Positions 1 to 8,482 of a DNA stretch of 57,135 nucleotides are shown here, one piece after another. The stretch covers positions 1 to 57,135 of IMG/VR virus record IMGVR_UViG_3300035180_004116; one strand, given 5' to 3'. Under the pieces are notes generated by a model that did no database searches, had not been told where the DNA came from, and was given only the letters and a program-made list of their open reading frames with translations. The stretch comes from a virus (Duplodnaviria > Caudoviricetes). The number at the start of each line of letters is the position of its first letter. Position 1 is the stretch's first letter. Both the position numbers and the translations under genes were made by a program.

Positions 1-306
1 TCAGTTGCCGGGGATCGCGACGCTTAGGCGATCGATGGCGCAGTGCATGTCGAGCAGGCGGTCGATCGATGTTGATGCCATGTCGTGCAGGATGCCGAAG
101 AGGCCGCTGCCCGCAGTGGGGGGAGTTACAACGGACTTGTCGACTGTGGGTGATGGGCCAAGGATGCGGTCGACGAGAGGGAGCAGGCGAGCGTGCAGGC
201 GATCGAGTTCGGCATGCAGGCTTGCGAGCTGGTCGAATGAGGGATGGGCGGACGACATGACGTGTTTGTCGAGAGATGTGACGCCGGCTGGTTGAGTGTA
301 GTTCAT
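1..306 (-). CDS. Hypothetical protein (101 aa)
   Basis: ORF preceded by the ACACGGAGAC RBS motif at 313-322. Confidence 0.7.
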   Translation of the reverse strand: MNYTQPAGVTSLDKHVMSSAHPSFDQLASLHAELDRLHARLLPLVDRILGPSPTVDKSVVTPPTAGSGLFGILHDMASTSIDRLLDMHCAIDRLSVAIPGN

Positions 307-334
307 TGATCGGTCTCCGTGTGGTTAGGTTGAT

Positions 335-355
335 GGGGTGCAGGACGCACCCCAT
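335..355. terminator. Intergenic hairpin, possible terminator or processing site
   Basis: TGGGGTGC-aggac-GCACCCCA inverted repeat; no clear U tract. Confidence 0.35.
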
Positions 356-375
356 CCAAGAGCGTCAGAGGTGCG

Positions 376-420
376 TCAGCACTTCTTGCCGCCCTTACCC
401 TTCATGGGCTTCTTTGCCAT
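376..420 (-). CDS. Tiny Lys-rich peptide MAKKPMKGKGGKKC (14 aa)
   Basis: Read manually; AAGGAGA RBS upstream of ATG; not in the ORF track. Confidence 0.6.
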   Translation of the reverse strand: MAKKPMKGKGGKKC

Positions 421-447
421 GGTCTGGGGTCTCCTTGTGATGGCGGG

Positions 448-588
448 CTATTTTGATTTGCTGCCGCGCGCCTTGGCAGTTGGTCTGGACTTGGGGCCGG
501 CAGCCTTGCGGTTGCCTTCGGGGTTGCCGGGCAGGATCTTCTTGTTGGATTTGATGGCGGCTTTGGAGCCTGGGAGTGATTTGGCCAT
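448..588 (-). CDS. Small Lys-rich protein (46 aa, MAKSLPGSKAAIKSNKK...ARGSKSK)
   Basis: Read manually; AAAGGAAA RBS; starts 2 nt after the upstream stop. Confidence 0.7.
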   Translation of the reverse strand: MAKSLPGSKAAIKSNKKILPGNPEGNRKAAGPKSRPTAKARGSKSK

Positions 589-590
589 GG

Positions 591-755
591 TCAGTTTCCT
601 TTGAGATGGTTGGTGAGGTGGCGTCGTTTTGGATTACCGCTGCCTTTGGCGCGGGTCTTCTTGAGGGCGGAGCGGAGCAGGCGCGAGGCGCCGGTCCGAC
701 AGGACATGGAGGCGGAGCATTTGAAGGGCGTGCGGCAGGTGTCACAGGGGATCAT
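591..755 (-). CDS. Small basic Cys-rich protein (54 aa, MIPCDTCRTPFKCSASMSC...)
   Basis: Read manually; exactly fills the gap between neighbours; C-x2-C-x5-C-x5-C. Confidence 0.55.
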   Translation of the reverse strand: MIPCDTCRTPFKCSASMSCRTGASRLLRSALKKTRAKGSGNPKRRHLTNHLKGN

Positions 756-996
756 GGCGAGTGTGTCCTTCGATCTTCCATTCGATCATGCGCAGAAGGC
801 CGAGCGATTCCATCGTGTTGCAGTTGTATGGGATGTAGTTGATGGTGATCTCGCCGTCGACGTCGAGGCCATGCCAGCCGATGACGACGCGCTCGAAGCG
901 TTCGGGGTGGAGTTCGGCCCAGGTGGCAAGTTCGCGGAAGCGTTCGGCCACGGTGACGTTCTCTTTCCAGATGGGCAGCATGACGACGTTGCTCAT
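742..996 (-). CDS. Hypothetical protein (84 aa, MSNVVMLPIW...)
   Basis: AAGGAGG RBS and ATGA overlap with the resolvase stop; 3' part of track ORF 742..1425. Confidence 0.75.
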   Translation of the reverse strand: MSNVVMLPIWKENVTVAERFRELATWAELHPERFERVVIGWHGLDVDGEITINYIPYNCNTMESLGLLRMIEWKIEGHTRHDPL

Positions 997-1568
997 GTGG
1001 CCTCCTTGTCGATGGTGGTGTTCAGCCAATCGACCATGTCCAGTTGGGCAGTGTCGTCCGATGCGATCGCGTGTGGATCGTGAACCTCGGGAGTGGCGGG
1101 TATTGTGTTGGGGGAGGCGGCTGGCAGTTCGGTTTTGATGCCGATGGAATGGAGGAAGGCCCGGTAGAGGTCGAGCCATTCGTGGAGGCGCATGATGACA
1201 AGGGAGTCGGAGATGTCGACGTTGGACTTGCGCGAGATGATGGCCATTCGGTCGGGCGAGTTCTTGCCGCGGATCGAGCGGGTGGCTTGACGGATGGCAT
1301 CGTCGAGCTTGAGACGTTCGGTGCGCTTGCATTCGGCCCAGATGCCAGGGACGCCGGTCAGGTCGGCCCAGCCACCATGACCGAAGGCAGAGGATGCGCC
1401 GCCGCCGGAGAGGGGCGTGCGCCAAGCCACGTTGCGGCCACCATGGAGCATGTCGTTGAGGTACTTGGCCACCTCCAGCTCGTACTTGTCGCCCTTGCGC
1501 TTGGCGCCTTTGAGGCGACGCAGCAGCTTGGTCTTTTCAGCAGGGGTGAGCTTGGTTTTGCGGGGCAT
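993..1568 (-). CDS. PD-(D/E)XK Holliday junction resolvase-like endonuclease
   Basis: KRKGDKYELEVA...ADL...WAECKRTERL pattern of Hjc-like phage resolvases. Confidence 0.75.
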   Translation of the reverse strand: MPRKTKLTPAEKTKLLRRLKGAKRKGDKYELEVAKYLNDMLHGGRNVAWRTPLSGGGASSAFGHGGWADLTGVPGIWAECKRTERLKLDDAIRQATRSIRGKNSPDRMAIISRKSNVDISDSLVIMRLHEWLDLYRAFLHSIGIKTELPAASPNTIPATPEVHDPHAIASDDTAQLDMVDWLNTTIDKEAT

Positions 1569-1569
1569 G

Positions 1570-1887
1570 TCAGATCCAGGAGGAGGGGAGGCCGTCATCC
1601 AGGGAGGAGCGGCAGGTGTCGCAGATGTATTGGTTCTTGGGGCGGGGTTCGGTCGAGCGGCAGTGGAGGCAGGGGCGCGACCATTTTGGGTAGGTGCTGT
1701 CCAGATGGGCGGCAGAGAGGACGTATTTGGCGCCGGGGAAGTAGGCGATGTCGTGGCGCATCATGAAGCGTTTGAGTGTATCGATGCAGACGCCGAGGTG
1801 ACGGGCCATCGAGTTGAGTGGCTTGCCGTCAGAGTAGGCTTGTCGAACCCAGTCGAGCTGGTCGAGGGGGATGATTGATTTGCTCAT
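1570..1887 (-). CDS. HTH plus Zn-ribbon protein, putative transcriptional regulator
   Basis: LNSMARHLGVCIDTLKRFM HTH; CLHC...CDTC zinc motif. Confidence 0.65.
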   Translation of the reverse strand: MSKSIIPLDQLDWVRQAYSDGKPLNSMARHLGVCIDTLKRFMMRHDIAYFPGAKYVLSAAHLDSTYPKWSRPCLHCRSTEPRPKNQYICDTCRSSLDDGLPSSWI

Positions 1888-1935
1888 CGCCAAGTCCGTG
1901 ACGTAGGGGCGTTGCGTCAGGAATCTTGGACGGAA

Positions 1936-1963
1936 AGCGTAGACGAAAGTTGTTATGTGTCAA
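1936..1963 (-). promoter_or_regulatory. Sigma70-like promoter with operator-like site in the spacer
   Basis: TTGACA-N16-TACGCT on minus strand; spacer holds TAACAAC-tttc-GTCTACG. Confidence 0.6.
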
Positions 1964-2034
1964 CAACTGCGCACAAGTGGCGGCGCGGAACGGGCGCGAA
2001 GCGGCCGGTCCGGGGAGGATCTATTGGATCGGAA

Positions 2035-2066
2035 GCCCCCACCCCCGGAGAGGGGTGGGGCGGGCT
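2035..2066 (-). terminator. GC-rich hairpin after the lipoprotein gene
   Basis: CCCCACCCC-tctcc-GGGGTGGGG on minus strand; weak U tail. Confidence 0.45.
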
Positions 2067-2073
2067 ATTCAGA

Positions 2074-2424
2074 TCAGGGGTAGACGGTGACGTTGCGGCA
2101 GTGGTCGTAGGCCAACGTGTAGTTGTTGCTGTCCGTGCTGTACCAGTGCATCGCTGCTTCAAAAGTCTCAGACGTTTTGTAGCCACCGAAGTATTGGATG
2201 GCGAGAACGCGTTGGTCAGTTGGGACTTCCGCATCCATGCGATCGGCCATGCAGGCGGCGCGGCTCCATGAGATGGAGGGGTCGTTGGCCACGATCCCGC
2301 GGGTCAGAGGGCTGCCCTTGTCGGCCTTGCCGGCGATGAAGCGGCTGCCGATGATATTGACCTGTGGCGGTATGGTGCAGCCGGCCAATGCGATCAGGGC
2401 CACGGTGAAGATGCGGAAGTTCAT
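2074..2424 (-). CDS. Lipoprotein (116 aa), moron-like
   Basis: Signal peptide with lipobox LAGC; own RBS, promoter-like upstream region and downstream hairpin. Confidence 0.75.
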   Translation of the reverse strand: MNFRIFTVALIALAGCTIPPQVNIIGSRFIAGKADKGSPLTRGIVANDPSISWSRAACMADRMDAEVPTDQRVLAIQYFGGYKTSETFEAAMHWYSTDSNNYTLAYDHCRNVTVYP

Positions 2425-2559
2425 GGTCGCCTCGCTGTCAGATAGACGTTGTCAGAGTTAGGCGTCGACTCGACAACGTCAAGACAAAAACGACAGACTC
2501 CGGTCAGGTGACGAGCGAATGGCAGTTGCAACCGACACGCTAAGTTGCTGAACTGTAAC

Positions 2560-2730
2560 GACTAAAGATAGGAAAATAAATGTACTTGACAACCTAAGTT
2601 GTTAGTCCCCCTACTACCCCCTATAGTATTATCGAATCGATGTAGCTTTCGGACGAGGGGGAGGGGGGTGTTACCCCCTCCCCTCAGTCGATCCAATCGA
2701 TTGTAATTATAAGACGCGCGCGTGCGTGTA
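2560..2730. other. Putative replication origin
   Basis: AT-rich intergenic stretch directly downstream of the primase-helicase; G-run/C-run hairpin at 2655-2685 flanked by ATC(G/C)AATCGAT repeats. Confidence 0.5.
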
Positions 2731-4722
2731 TCACGCGAGCCATGCGCGCAGAGTGTTGACGCTGACGTGCAACCGCTGGGCGATCTGGCGAATGTCGGCG
2801 CCCGCCGCCCGCATGATCAGGGCCTTCTGCTTCTTCGAAGCGGAGCTAACGATGTAGCGTGACCCGTCGTCGCGCTCCGCCCATCCGACATACTGCGTCT
2901 CATGATTCTCGGTGAACTGGCGGACCTTACCGAAGGCCAGTTCCTGCACCATCAGCAACCGGCTCTCCGGCTCCAGCCTGTTCTCCATGTAGGCCCACGG
3001 CGACCAGTCACGACCGGCGGCGTCTTCGATCGAGAGGTTGCTATCCAGCAGGCCGGCATGGCGCTTCGCATCCTCCTTCTTTTGATAGACGTTGGTCACA
3101 TAGACCTGGGTGTCGATGTCGGTAAGCTGCGCCGTGTTGCCGGCTTCGCGCCCTAGGCCGTCCTCGCCTGGCTTGTTCCTGTGATGCAGGGCCACCACGG
3201 CTGGGCCGCGCGATGAGATCCCCTTCATCAACTGGTTAACCGGCGCCCAGCCCTGTGGCTTGTTCTCCTCCAAGCCAGGCCAGGCCGATCGGATGGTGTC
3301 GATCACGACGACGTCTGGCTGCACCATGTTCAGGAGCCTGGCCAGCTTGTTCACGCCGGCCTGATCGTTGAGGCGCATATCCTTCAGCTCGTCATCGTCC
3401 ATGAGGCCGGGCGACCAGATCTGAAGCCGATCGCCTGGGTTGCCGAAGGCCGAAGCCATCTCCTTCATGCGCTGGATGATGGTGCGGGACGGGTTCTCAT
3501 AGTCGAGATAGAGCGTCCTGACCGGACGGCCGCAAAGATAGGGGCCGAAGTGGCTGGCGCCGGCCGTCATGGCGAACAGGGCGCCAAGGGTCGTAAAGCT
3601 CTTGGCGTGGCCGTTGAAGCCCACGATCTGGGTTATGGTACCTTTTGCCACAATCGGGTCCAGGACGAACTCCTGGGCCTTTAAACGGGCTTCTGCGGCC
3701 GGTACGTCGGAGAGCGTGAAGAGCCGGCCGGTGGGCGCAAGCGGCAGCGGCTCCGGGTCGGCCTCCGGTAATTGCGGGGTCGTGCGTTCAGGGTGGTTAC
3801 GTGCCTCCATTTGCAGCACGCTGTTGACCTTGGTCTTCAGCCACCGGTTCGTCGCGGGCAGGGCGTCATAGCCGCCCTCAAACATGGCATCGAGCATGTT
3901 CACGGCGAGATCGAACAATGTCTCCGGGTCGGTGACGCCGCGGCTCGCCTGCTCCCCGAGATACTTGACCATCCATGGGTCGGTGCCGTAGCCGGCATGG
4001 CGGGGGATCTTGCCGCCAAGGGAGGCGGCAAGCTTGGCAAGCTGGTCCCAGACAGGAATGCCGACGTCTGACTTTTCCGTCGATACTGTCGCCAGGCTCA
4101 TCTTCGAGAAGTTGAAGTCGTCGTCGACTTCCATGAGTGTCGGCTTCGACCCCGACCAGACGTCAAGTTCATCGAAGTCGATCATGGAAGGCAGCCAGGC
4201 ATACTGGTGAGTGGCCACCCCATCAGCATTGAACTTCACGGAAGGTGGGACCAGCACGTAGCCGCCGTCGCCACGGAAGTCGAGGCCCTTCACCTTCGGC
4301 CAGTCGTGCCCGACACCGCCGGCTTTGTTGGCGAAACGCTGACTGCTGCCTGGGTGCCGCCAATAATAGTGCTTGCCACGGGTCGTCTTGACTTGGATCT
4401 GCGATGCAAGGCCATTGGCCTCGGCGTAGGCAGACGCCACTTCGTTGTCGGCGTCCACCACGACAATGCCAGAGACGGCGCCGGTCGCGACGCCGAGATT
4501 AAATACCTGGACCATCTCGCCGCTCTCGGTCGCGACGCCATGGTGGAACCATTGCTCGATCTGGTCGAGGCTGGGCGGGCTGTCCTGGAAAGCCTTCCAG
4601 GGGATGAGGGGCTTTTTGTTCTCGATGCTGATGGGGATCAGCGACCAGCCACGGTCAAGATACTCAAGGGCTGCGGAATAGAGATTACTCTGGAACGCTT
4701 CCAGCGCACTGGTCACAGTCAT
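2731..4722 (-). CDS. Bifunctional primase-polymerase (PrimPol) fused to RecA-like AAA_25 helicase, with C-terminal HTH
   Basis: N-terminal KKPLIPWK, NLGVATG, VVVDAD, TTRGKHYYW, DFRGDGGYVLVPPS; Walker A variant GFNGHAKS, Walker B VVIDT, LHH; C-terminal IRQIAQRLHVSVNTLRAWL. Confidence 0.9.
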   Translation of the reverse strand: MTVTSALEAFQSNLYSAALEYLDRGWSLIPISIENKKPLIPWKAFQDSPPSLDQIEQWFHHGVATESGEMVQVFNLGVATGAVSGIVVVDADNEVASAYAEANGLASQIQVKTTRGKHYYWRHPGSSQRFANKAGGVGHDWPKVKGLDFRGDGGYVLVPPSVKFNADGVATHQYAWLPSMIDFDELDVWSGSKPTLMEVDDDFNFSKMSLATVSTEKSDVGIPVWDQLAKLAASLGGKIPRHAGYGTDPWMVKYLGEQASRGVTDPETLFDLAVNMLDAMFEGGYDALPATNRWLKTKVNSVLQMEARNHPERTTPQLPEADPEPLPLAPTGRLFTLSDVPAAEARLKAQEFVLDPIVAKGTITQIVGFNGHAKSFTTLGALFAMTAGASHFGPYLCGRPVRTLYLDYENPSRTIIQRMKEMASAFGNPGDRLQIWSPGLMDDDELKDMRLNDQAGVNKLARLLNMVQPDVVVIDTIRSAWPGLEENKPQGWAPVNQLMKGISSRGPAVVALHHRNKPGEDGLGREAGNTAQLTDIDTQVYVTNVYQKKEDAKRHAGLLDSNLSIEDAAGRDWSPWAYMENRLEPESRLLMVQELAFGKVRQFTENHETQYVGWAERDDGSRYIVSSASKKQKALIMRAAGADIRQIAQRLHVSVNTLRAWLA

Positions 4723-4942
4723 CGTCAACCTCAACGAAATATTTGTCCAGGTTGACGGGGAAGCTCGCCTTGATCTTGGCCAATAGCCGCATCGTGATGT
4801 TGCCGCTGGCAGCCATCCGGTAGAGATGGGTCCTATGGATACCCGTCCTGTAGGAGACGACGGTGCCTCCGCCACAGTCGCGGATCAGCATCATCAAATC
4901 AAACCTGAGAGTCTTGGGGCCTTTTCTCTTCGTCGTCTTCAT
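4685..4942 (-). CDS. Small Cro-like HTH protein
   Basis: GGGTVVSYRTGIHRTHLYRM HTH-like segment; first gene after a divergent promoter. Confidence 0.55.
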   Translation of the reverse strand: MKTTKRKGPKTLRFDLMMLIRDCGGGTVVSYRTGIHRTHLYRMAASGNITMRLLAKIKASFPVNLDKYFVEVDDDCDQCAGSVPE

Positions 4943-4973
4943 TGCCGCGCTCGCGGCTTCCCCGTCGCATCAA

Positions 4974-5041
4974 AAAAATAACATCTACGTTGTCATATAT
5001 CAACAACGATAGTTGACCTGTGACGACATCTACGGTACATC
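4974..5041. promoter_or_regulatory. Back-to-back divergent promoters with a central operator-like site
   Basis: Minus: TTGATA-N17-TATTTT; plus: TTGACC-N17-TACATC; ACAAC-gata-GTTGA between them; ACATCTACG direct repeat. Confidence 0.6.
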
Positions 5042-5151
5042 TGTCCTGGCCGGGGCTGCCGCCGACTGACCAGACCTCATATCGGCTTCCCCATCGTAGC
5101 CCCCAAGCACGACGCAGCCCCGGCGCCTTACCGACACGGAGACCAATAGCA

Positions 5152-5586
5152 ATGGCATTCGCCTGGGAAACGGACAAAGAGCGGGACGAACGGGAAGAGC
5201 TGATCCGCCGCATGATCCAGCTCAAAGAATCAATCAAGCGCGACAAGGAAGACCTCGATACCTGCCTGGATGTTCTGGAGCGGGACATCTTCAAGCAAGC
5301 CATCGAGGCCGAAGAGACGATCCGAATTGGCCGATACCTCATCACCAAGAAGCCACAGGCGCGCGTGACGTGGGATCAGAAAAAGCTGGTCGACATCCTT
5401 GATGCAAGGTTCCCGCACGGCGCCTTGCCGGCGGGGATCACGACCTCGACAACGATCGAAGTTGATGAAAACCTGATCACAACGCTGCCGTCGTCTGACT
5501 ATCACACCTTGCTCAACGCCAAGGTCGCGAAGCGCATCAAGCCCAAGTTCATCTTTCAAGAAGCAGCGGAGGAAGAGAAGGCATGA
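5152..5586 (+). CDS. Conserved phage protein of Sak4-type recombination operons
   Basis: ACACGGAGAC RBS; VTWDQKKL motif; ATGA overlap with the ATPase gene. Confidence 0.7.
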   Translation: MAFAWETDKERDEREELIRRMIQLKESIKRDKEDLDTCLDVLERDIFKQAIEAEETIRIGRYLITKKPQARVTWDQKKLVDILDARFPHGALPAGITTSTTIEVDENLITTLPSSDYHTLLNAKVAKRIKPKFIFQEAAEEEKA

Positions 5587-6404
5587 AGCCCAAGAACACG
5601 GCCGACCACACCACCAGCTATCGCAAGCTGCTGCTCTACGCACATCATGGGTGGGGCAAGACCACGCAGATGAAGCATTACCAGTTGGCCTACGGCCCTG
5701 GTCTGATCCTGAGCGGTGAGAGCGGCCTGTCGTCGATCCGTGGTGCCGGCATTGACTACTTGCCGTTCACGTCATGGGACGGAACGCATGACCCGGCCAA
5801 CGACAAGTATTCCTTCAAGGAGATTGTCCGGTGGATCGCAACGTCGAGCGAGTTCCGCGACGCGCAATACAAATGGATTGGTGTCGACTCCCTCACCGAG
5901 CTGAGCGATATGGCCCTTGCCGAGATGAAGGTCGAGGCTGAGCGCAAAGCTGCGATCGGCAAGGGCAAAGTCAACGGCTTCGAAGTCTGGGGCGACTATG
6001 CCGCCCAGATGATCGGCGCCTGTAAATGGGTCAGGGATCTGCCGATGCACGTCATCGTGACGGCACTCGCCAAGGAACAGACCGACGCAAACAACGACGT
6101 CGAGTACTGGCCGATGGTGGCAGGCAAGCAGGTCCAGCAGCAGCTTCCAGGCATTTTCGATTGCGTCCTGTGCGGCGTGCGCAAGACCAGCGGCGATCCT
6201 GAGAACGGTGCCGTCGTCGAACGGTACATCATCACCGACGAAGTGAAGGGCTGGCACGGCAAGGTCCGGGACGAAAACCATCGTCTCCGTACTGTCGAGC
6301 GTGCGTCAGACGTCACCAAGTTGTTCAAGCGCATGGACATGACCGACGTCGACTACGCCAAGTGGCTGGCCACGGCGGTCGCTGATCTGAAGAAGAAGGA
6401 CTGA
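5583..6404 (+). CDS. Sak4-like AAA_24 ATPase/recombinase
   Basis: Walker A HHGWGKT, ESGL, Walker B GVDSLTE; adjacent to an SSB gene. Confidence 0.85.
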   Translation: MKPKNTADHTTSYRKLLLYAHHGWGKTTQMKHYQLAYGPGLILSGESGLSSIRGAGIDYLPFTSWDGTHDPANDKYSFKEIVRWIATSSEFRDAQYKWIGVDSLTELSDMALAEMKVEAERKAAIGKGKVNGFEVWGDYAAQMIGACKWVRDLPMHVIVTALAKEQTDANNDVEYWPMVAGKQVQQQLPGIFDCVLCGVRKTSGDPENGAVVERYIITDEVKGWHGKVRDENHRLRTVERASDVTKLFKRMDMTDVDYAKWLATAVADLKKKD

Positions 6405-6408
6405 GCAG

Positions 6409-6909
6409 ATGAACTTTTCATTTCGCGATCTCAACTTGCGTGACATCGAAGTATCCGGTCCGTCTCTGACACCGGGTAGCCACATCGCCAAGGTTGCCAA
6501 AGCCACCGTCGAGAAGACCCGGAAGGGTGGTTTCCAAGTCGTCGTTATCTTCAAGGAGATTACGACCGGCGCCATGATCTCCGACTATATCAACGTGGCG
6601 GTGCCGTCGTCGGAGGAGGCCACCAACATCGGCCGTTCCCGCCTGAAGGCGCTGCTCACCTATGGCGGCCATCCGTCGCCGGATAAACCGGGGGACATCA
6701 CCTCCCTGGTCGGCCTGACGGTCGGCATCAAGGTGAATGAAGAAGAGTACGAAAAGGACGGCGTGAAGAAGAAGGGCGTCAAGCTGCTGCGCAGCGGCGC
6801 CTACTTCGATCCACGTCAGGCCGGCGGCAGCGATGCTCCCGAAGGTCGGTTCGCGGTATCGTCGCATCGCAACAATGCTTCTGAATTGGACGATGATTTG
6901 CCGTTCTGA
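6409..6909 (+). CDS. Single-stranded DNA-binding protein (DUF669-like)
   Basis: Acidic tail ELDDDLPF; position after Sak4. Confidence 0.8.
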   Translation: MNFSFRDLNLRDIEVSGPSLTPGSHIAKVAKATVEKTRKGGFQVVVIFKEITTGAMISDYINVAVPSSEEATNIGRSRLKALLTYGGHPSPDKPGDITSLVGLTVGIKVNEEEYEKDGVKKKGVKLLRSGAYFDPRQAGGSDAPEGRFAVSSHRNNASELDDDLPF

Positions 6910-7703
6910 TGAACATCGTCGAACTCATTGACCGAGCCTATGATAACGACGCGGAAGAAAAGCCGCGTCGTTACATCGGCGCTTCGATCGCCGGCAGCCC
7001 ATGCGACGCCTATCTGGAGCTGTCGTTACGCGGCTTCCCCGACAACAAGATCAAGCCGCGGCTGCGGCGGATCATGTCGCTTGGCCACAAGATCGAAGAC
7101 ATTGTGATCGCCGACCTGAAGAAGGCTGGCATCAATGTCATTGAGAAAGACTTTGCGACCGGCAAGCAGTTTACCTATCAAGCATTCGGTGGCCACGTCA
7201 CCGGCCATGCTGACGGCATCATCGACGCCGAAGGGGTGGCCATCCTGCTTGAGGTCAAGTCGATGGGTGAGAAGTACTTCGATCAATTCCTTAAGTTTGG
7301 GGTGAAGAAATCGCACCCAAAATATTTCGATCAGGTCCAAACGATGATGGGCCTGAGCGGGATGCGCGAGGCGATGTTGGTTGGCTACAACAAGAACACG
7401 TCTCAATACGGTTATGAGGTTGTGCCCTTCGATGAATTCCACTTCATGGCGCTGAAGGTCCGGTTCGAGAAAATCTTGAACGGTGGAGCGCGACGGGCGG
7501 CGTCTGACAATTCAGACTGGCGATGCCGTGGCTGCTTCAAGTCGGATGCCTGCTGGGGGAAGAAGGAGCCACCCGTGACTTGCGCATCCTGCAAGTTTGC
7601 GTCGCCGACATTGATCGGCGGATGGGATTGCGGGCAAGGGCAGTCGACGTTGTTTGGCCCATGCCGGCTCTACCAAAAATTCGAACCGCAGGAGAAGAAA
7701 TGA
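6909..7703 (+). CDS. Cas4-like PD-(D/E)XK exonuclease
   Basis: YIGAS...C, GHADG...LEVKS, QVQTMM, C-terminal CRGCFKSDAC and CASC cysteines. Confidence 0.85.
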   Translation: MNIVELIDRAYDNDAEEKPRRYIGASIAGSPCDAYLELSLRGFPDNKIKPRLRRIMSLGHKIEDIVIADLKKAGINVIEKDFATGKQFTYQAFGGHVTGHADGIIDAEGVAILLEVKSMGEKYFDQFLKFGVKKSHPKYFDQVQTMMGLSGMREAMLVGYNKNTSQYGYEVVPFDEFHFMALKVRFEKILNGGARRAASDNSDWRCRGCFKSDACWGKKEPPVTCASCKFASPTLIGGWDCGQGQSTLFGPCRLYQKFEPQEKK

Positions 7704-7972
7704 GCGAGCAGCGAATTTCGGTGAACCGCGCTTTGACATTGCTCGGCGTCGGGACCACGAAGCTTTACAGGATGTGCCGTGACGGCACGTTGAAGTTCCA
7801 TGAGTACGAGCGCAAAGAAACGCGCAAAGGTGGCTGCACCCCAGGCCGGTACTTCCTGATGAAGGATATCGAGGCGTGTGTGATGGAAAACAGCTTGCGA
7901 CCGACGCTCGCATTTCTGAACCGTCATCGCGTACGCGGTCCTCTGGTCGGCGGCAAGTCGAATATCAAATGA
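7700..7972 (+). CDS. Excisionase/AlpA-like HTH protein
   Basis: ISVNRALTLLGVGTTKLYRMCRDGTL...RYFLMKDIE winged-helix pattern; ATGA overlap. Confidence 0.65.
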   Translation: MSEQRISVNRALTLLGVGTTKLYRMCRDGTLKFHEYERKETRKGGCTPGRYFLMKDIEACVMENSLRPTLAFLNRHRVRGPLVGGKSNIK

Positions 7973-8220
7973 TCACCGACGACGAGCGTAAGAGCTTCGG
8001 GTGGCTCGGCCGCATACCGCCTGAGATTGTCGATGCGTCACGGGACATCGTCGAGAAGTGGAAGCTATTAGCGTCTGATGCAAAGCAAGTGGCCAAGATG
8101 CAGCAAAGTCAGAAGAAGATCGAGCGTGCCAAAGCGATCGAACGTAGGTACTACGATTTACTGGAGTATGCACGACATGCAAAGCGACAAGACACCGAGG
8201 GAAGATCTGACGGAACTTGA
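7969..8220 (+). CDS. Hypothetical protein
   Basis: ATGA-coupled ORF within the operon. Confidence 0.6.
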   Translation: MITDDERKSFGWLGRIPPEIVDASRDIVEKWKLLASDAKQVAKMQQSQKKIERAKAIERRYYDLLEYARHAKRQDTEGRSDGT

Positions 8221-8482
8221 ATGCCACATCTCATTTCTGCGCCACAGCATTGAGTCGTGCCGTGACCGGATCGCGGAGATCGAATTCAACACCAGCATTT
8301 GTGATGAGCGTGAGATCTCCGCCCTTGCCAAGGACAGGCACAAGGCAATGGACAAGCTCCGCCACCTTCGCCGGGAGCTGAATGAGTACGACATGAAAGC
8401 CATCAAGCTAAAAGGAGAGATCGATGCCGATGTTGATCGCGCTCGACGGTCTGAGTGGGTCGGGCAAAACGACGGTCGCTAA
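8177..8482 (+). CDS. Hypothetical coiled-coil protein
   Basis: GGAG RBS; helical heptad pattern. Confidence 0.55.
   Translation: MQSDKTPREDLTELECHISFLRHSIESCRDRIAEIEFNTSICDEREISALAKDRHKAMDKLRHLRRELNEYDMKAIKLKGEIDADVDRARRSEWVGQNDGR

Noticed and set aside
997-1425. N-terminal extension of track ORF 742..1425 (likewise 4723-4875 of the primase)
   Set aside because: Overlaps a better gene; a downstream start with RBS or coupling explains the ORF
5049-5124. tRNA gene
   Set aside because: Similar length, but only two inner arms and no TTCG T-loop, D-loop GG or CCA
6909-7703. Cas4-like nuclease as sign of a CRISPR system
   Set aside because: No repeat-spacer array or other cas genes; it sits in a standard Sak4-SSB-exonuclease operon
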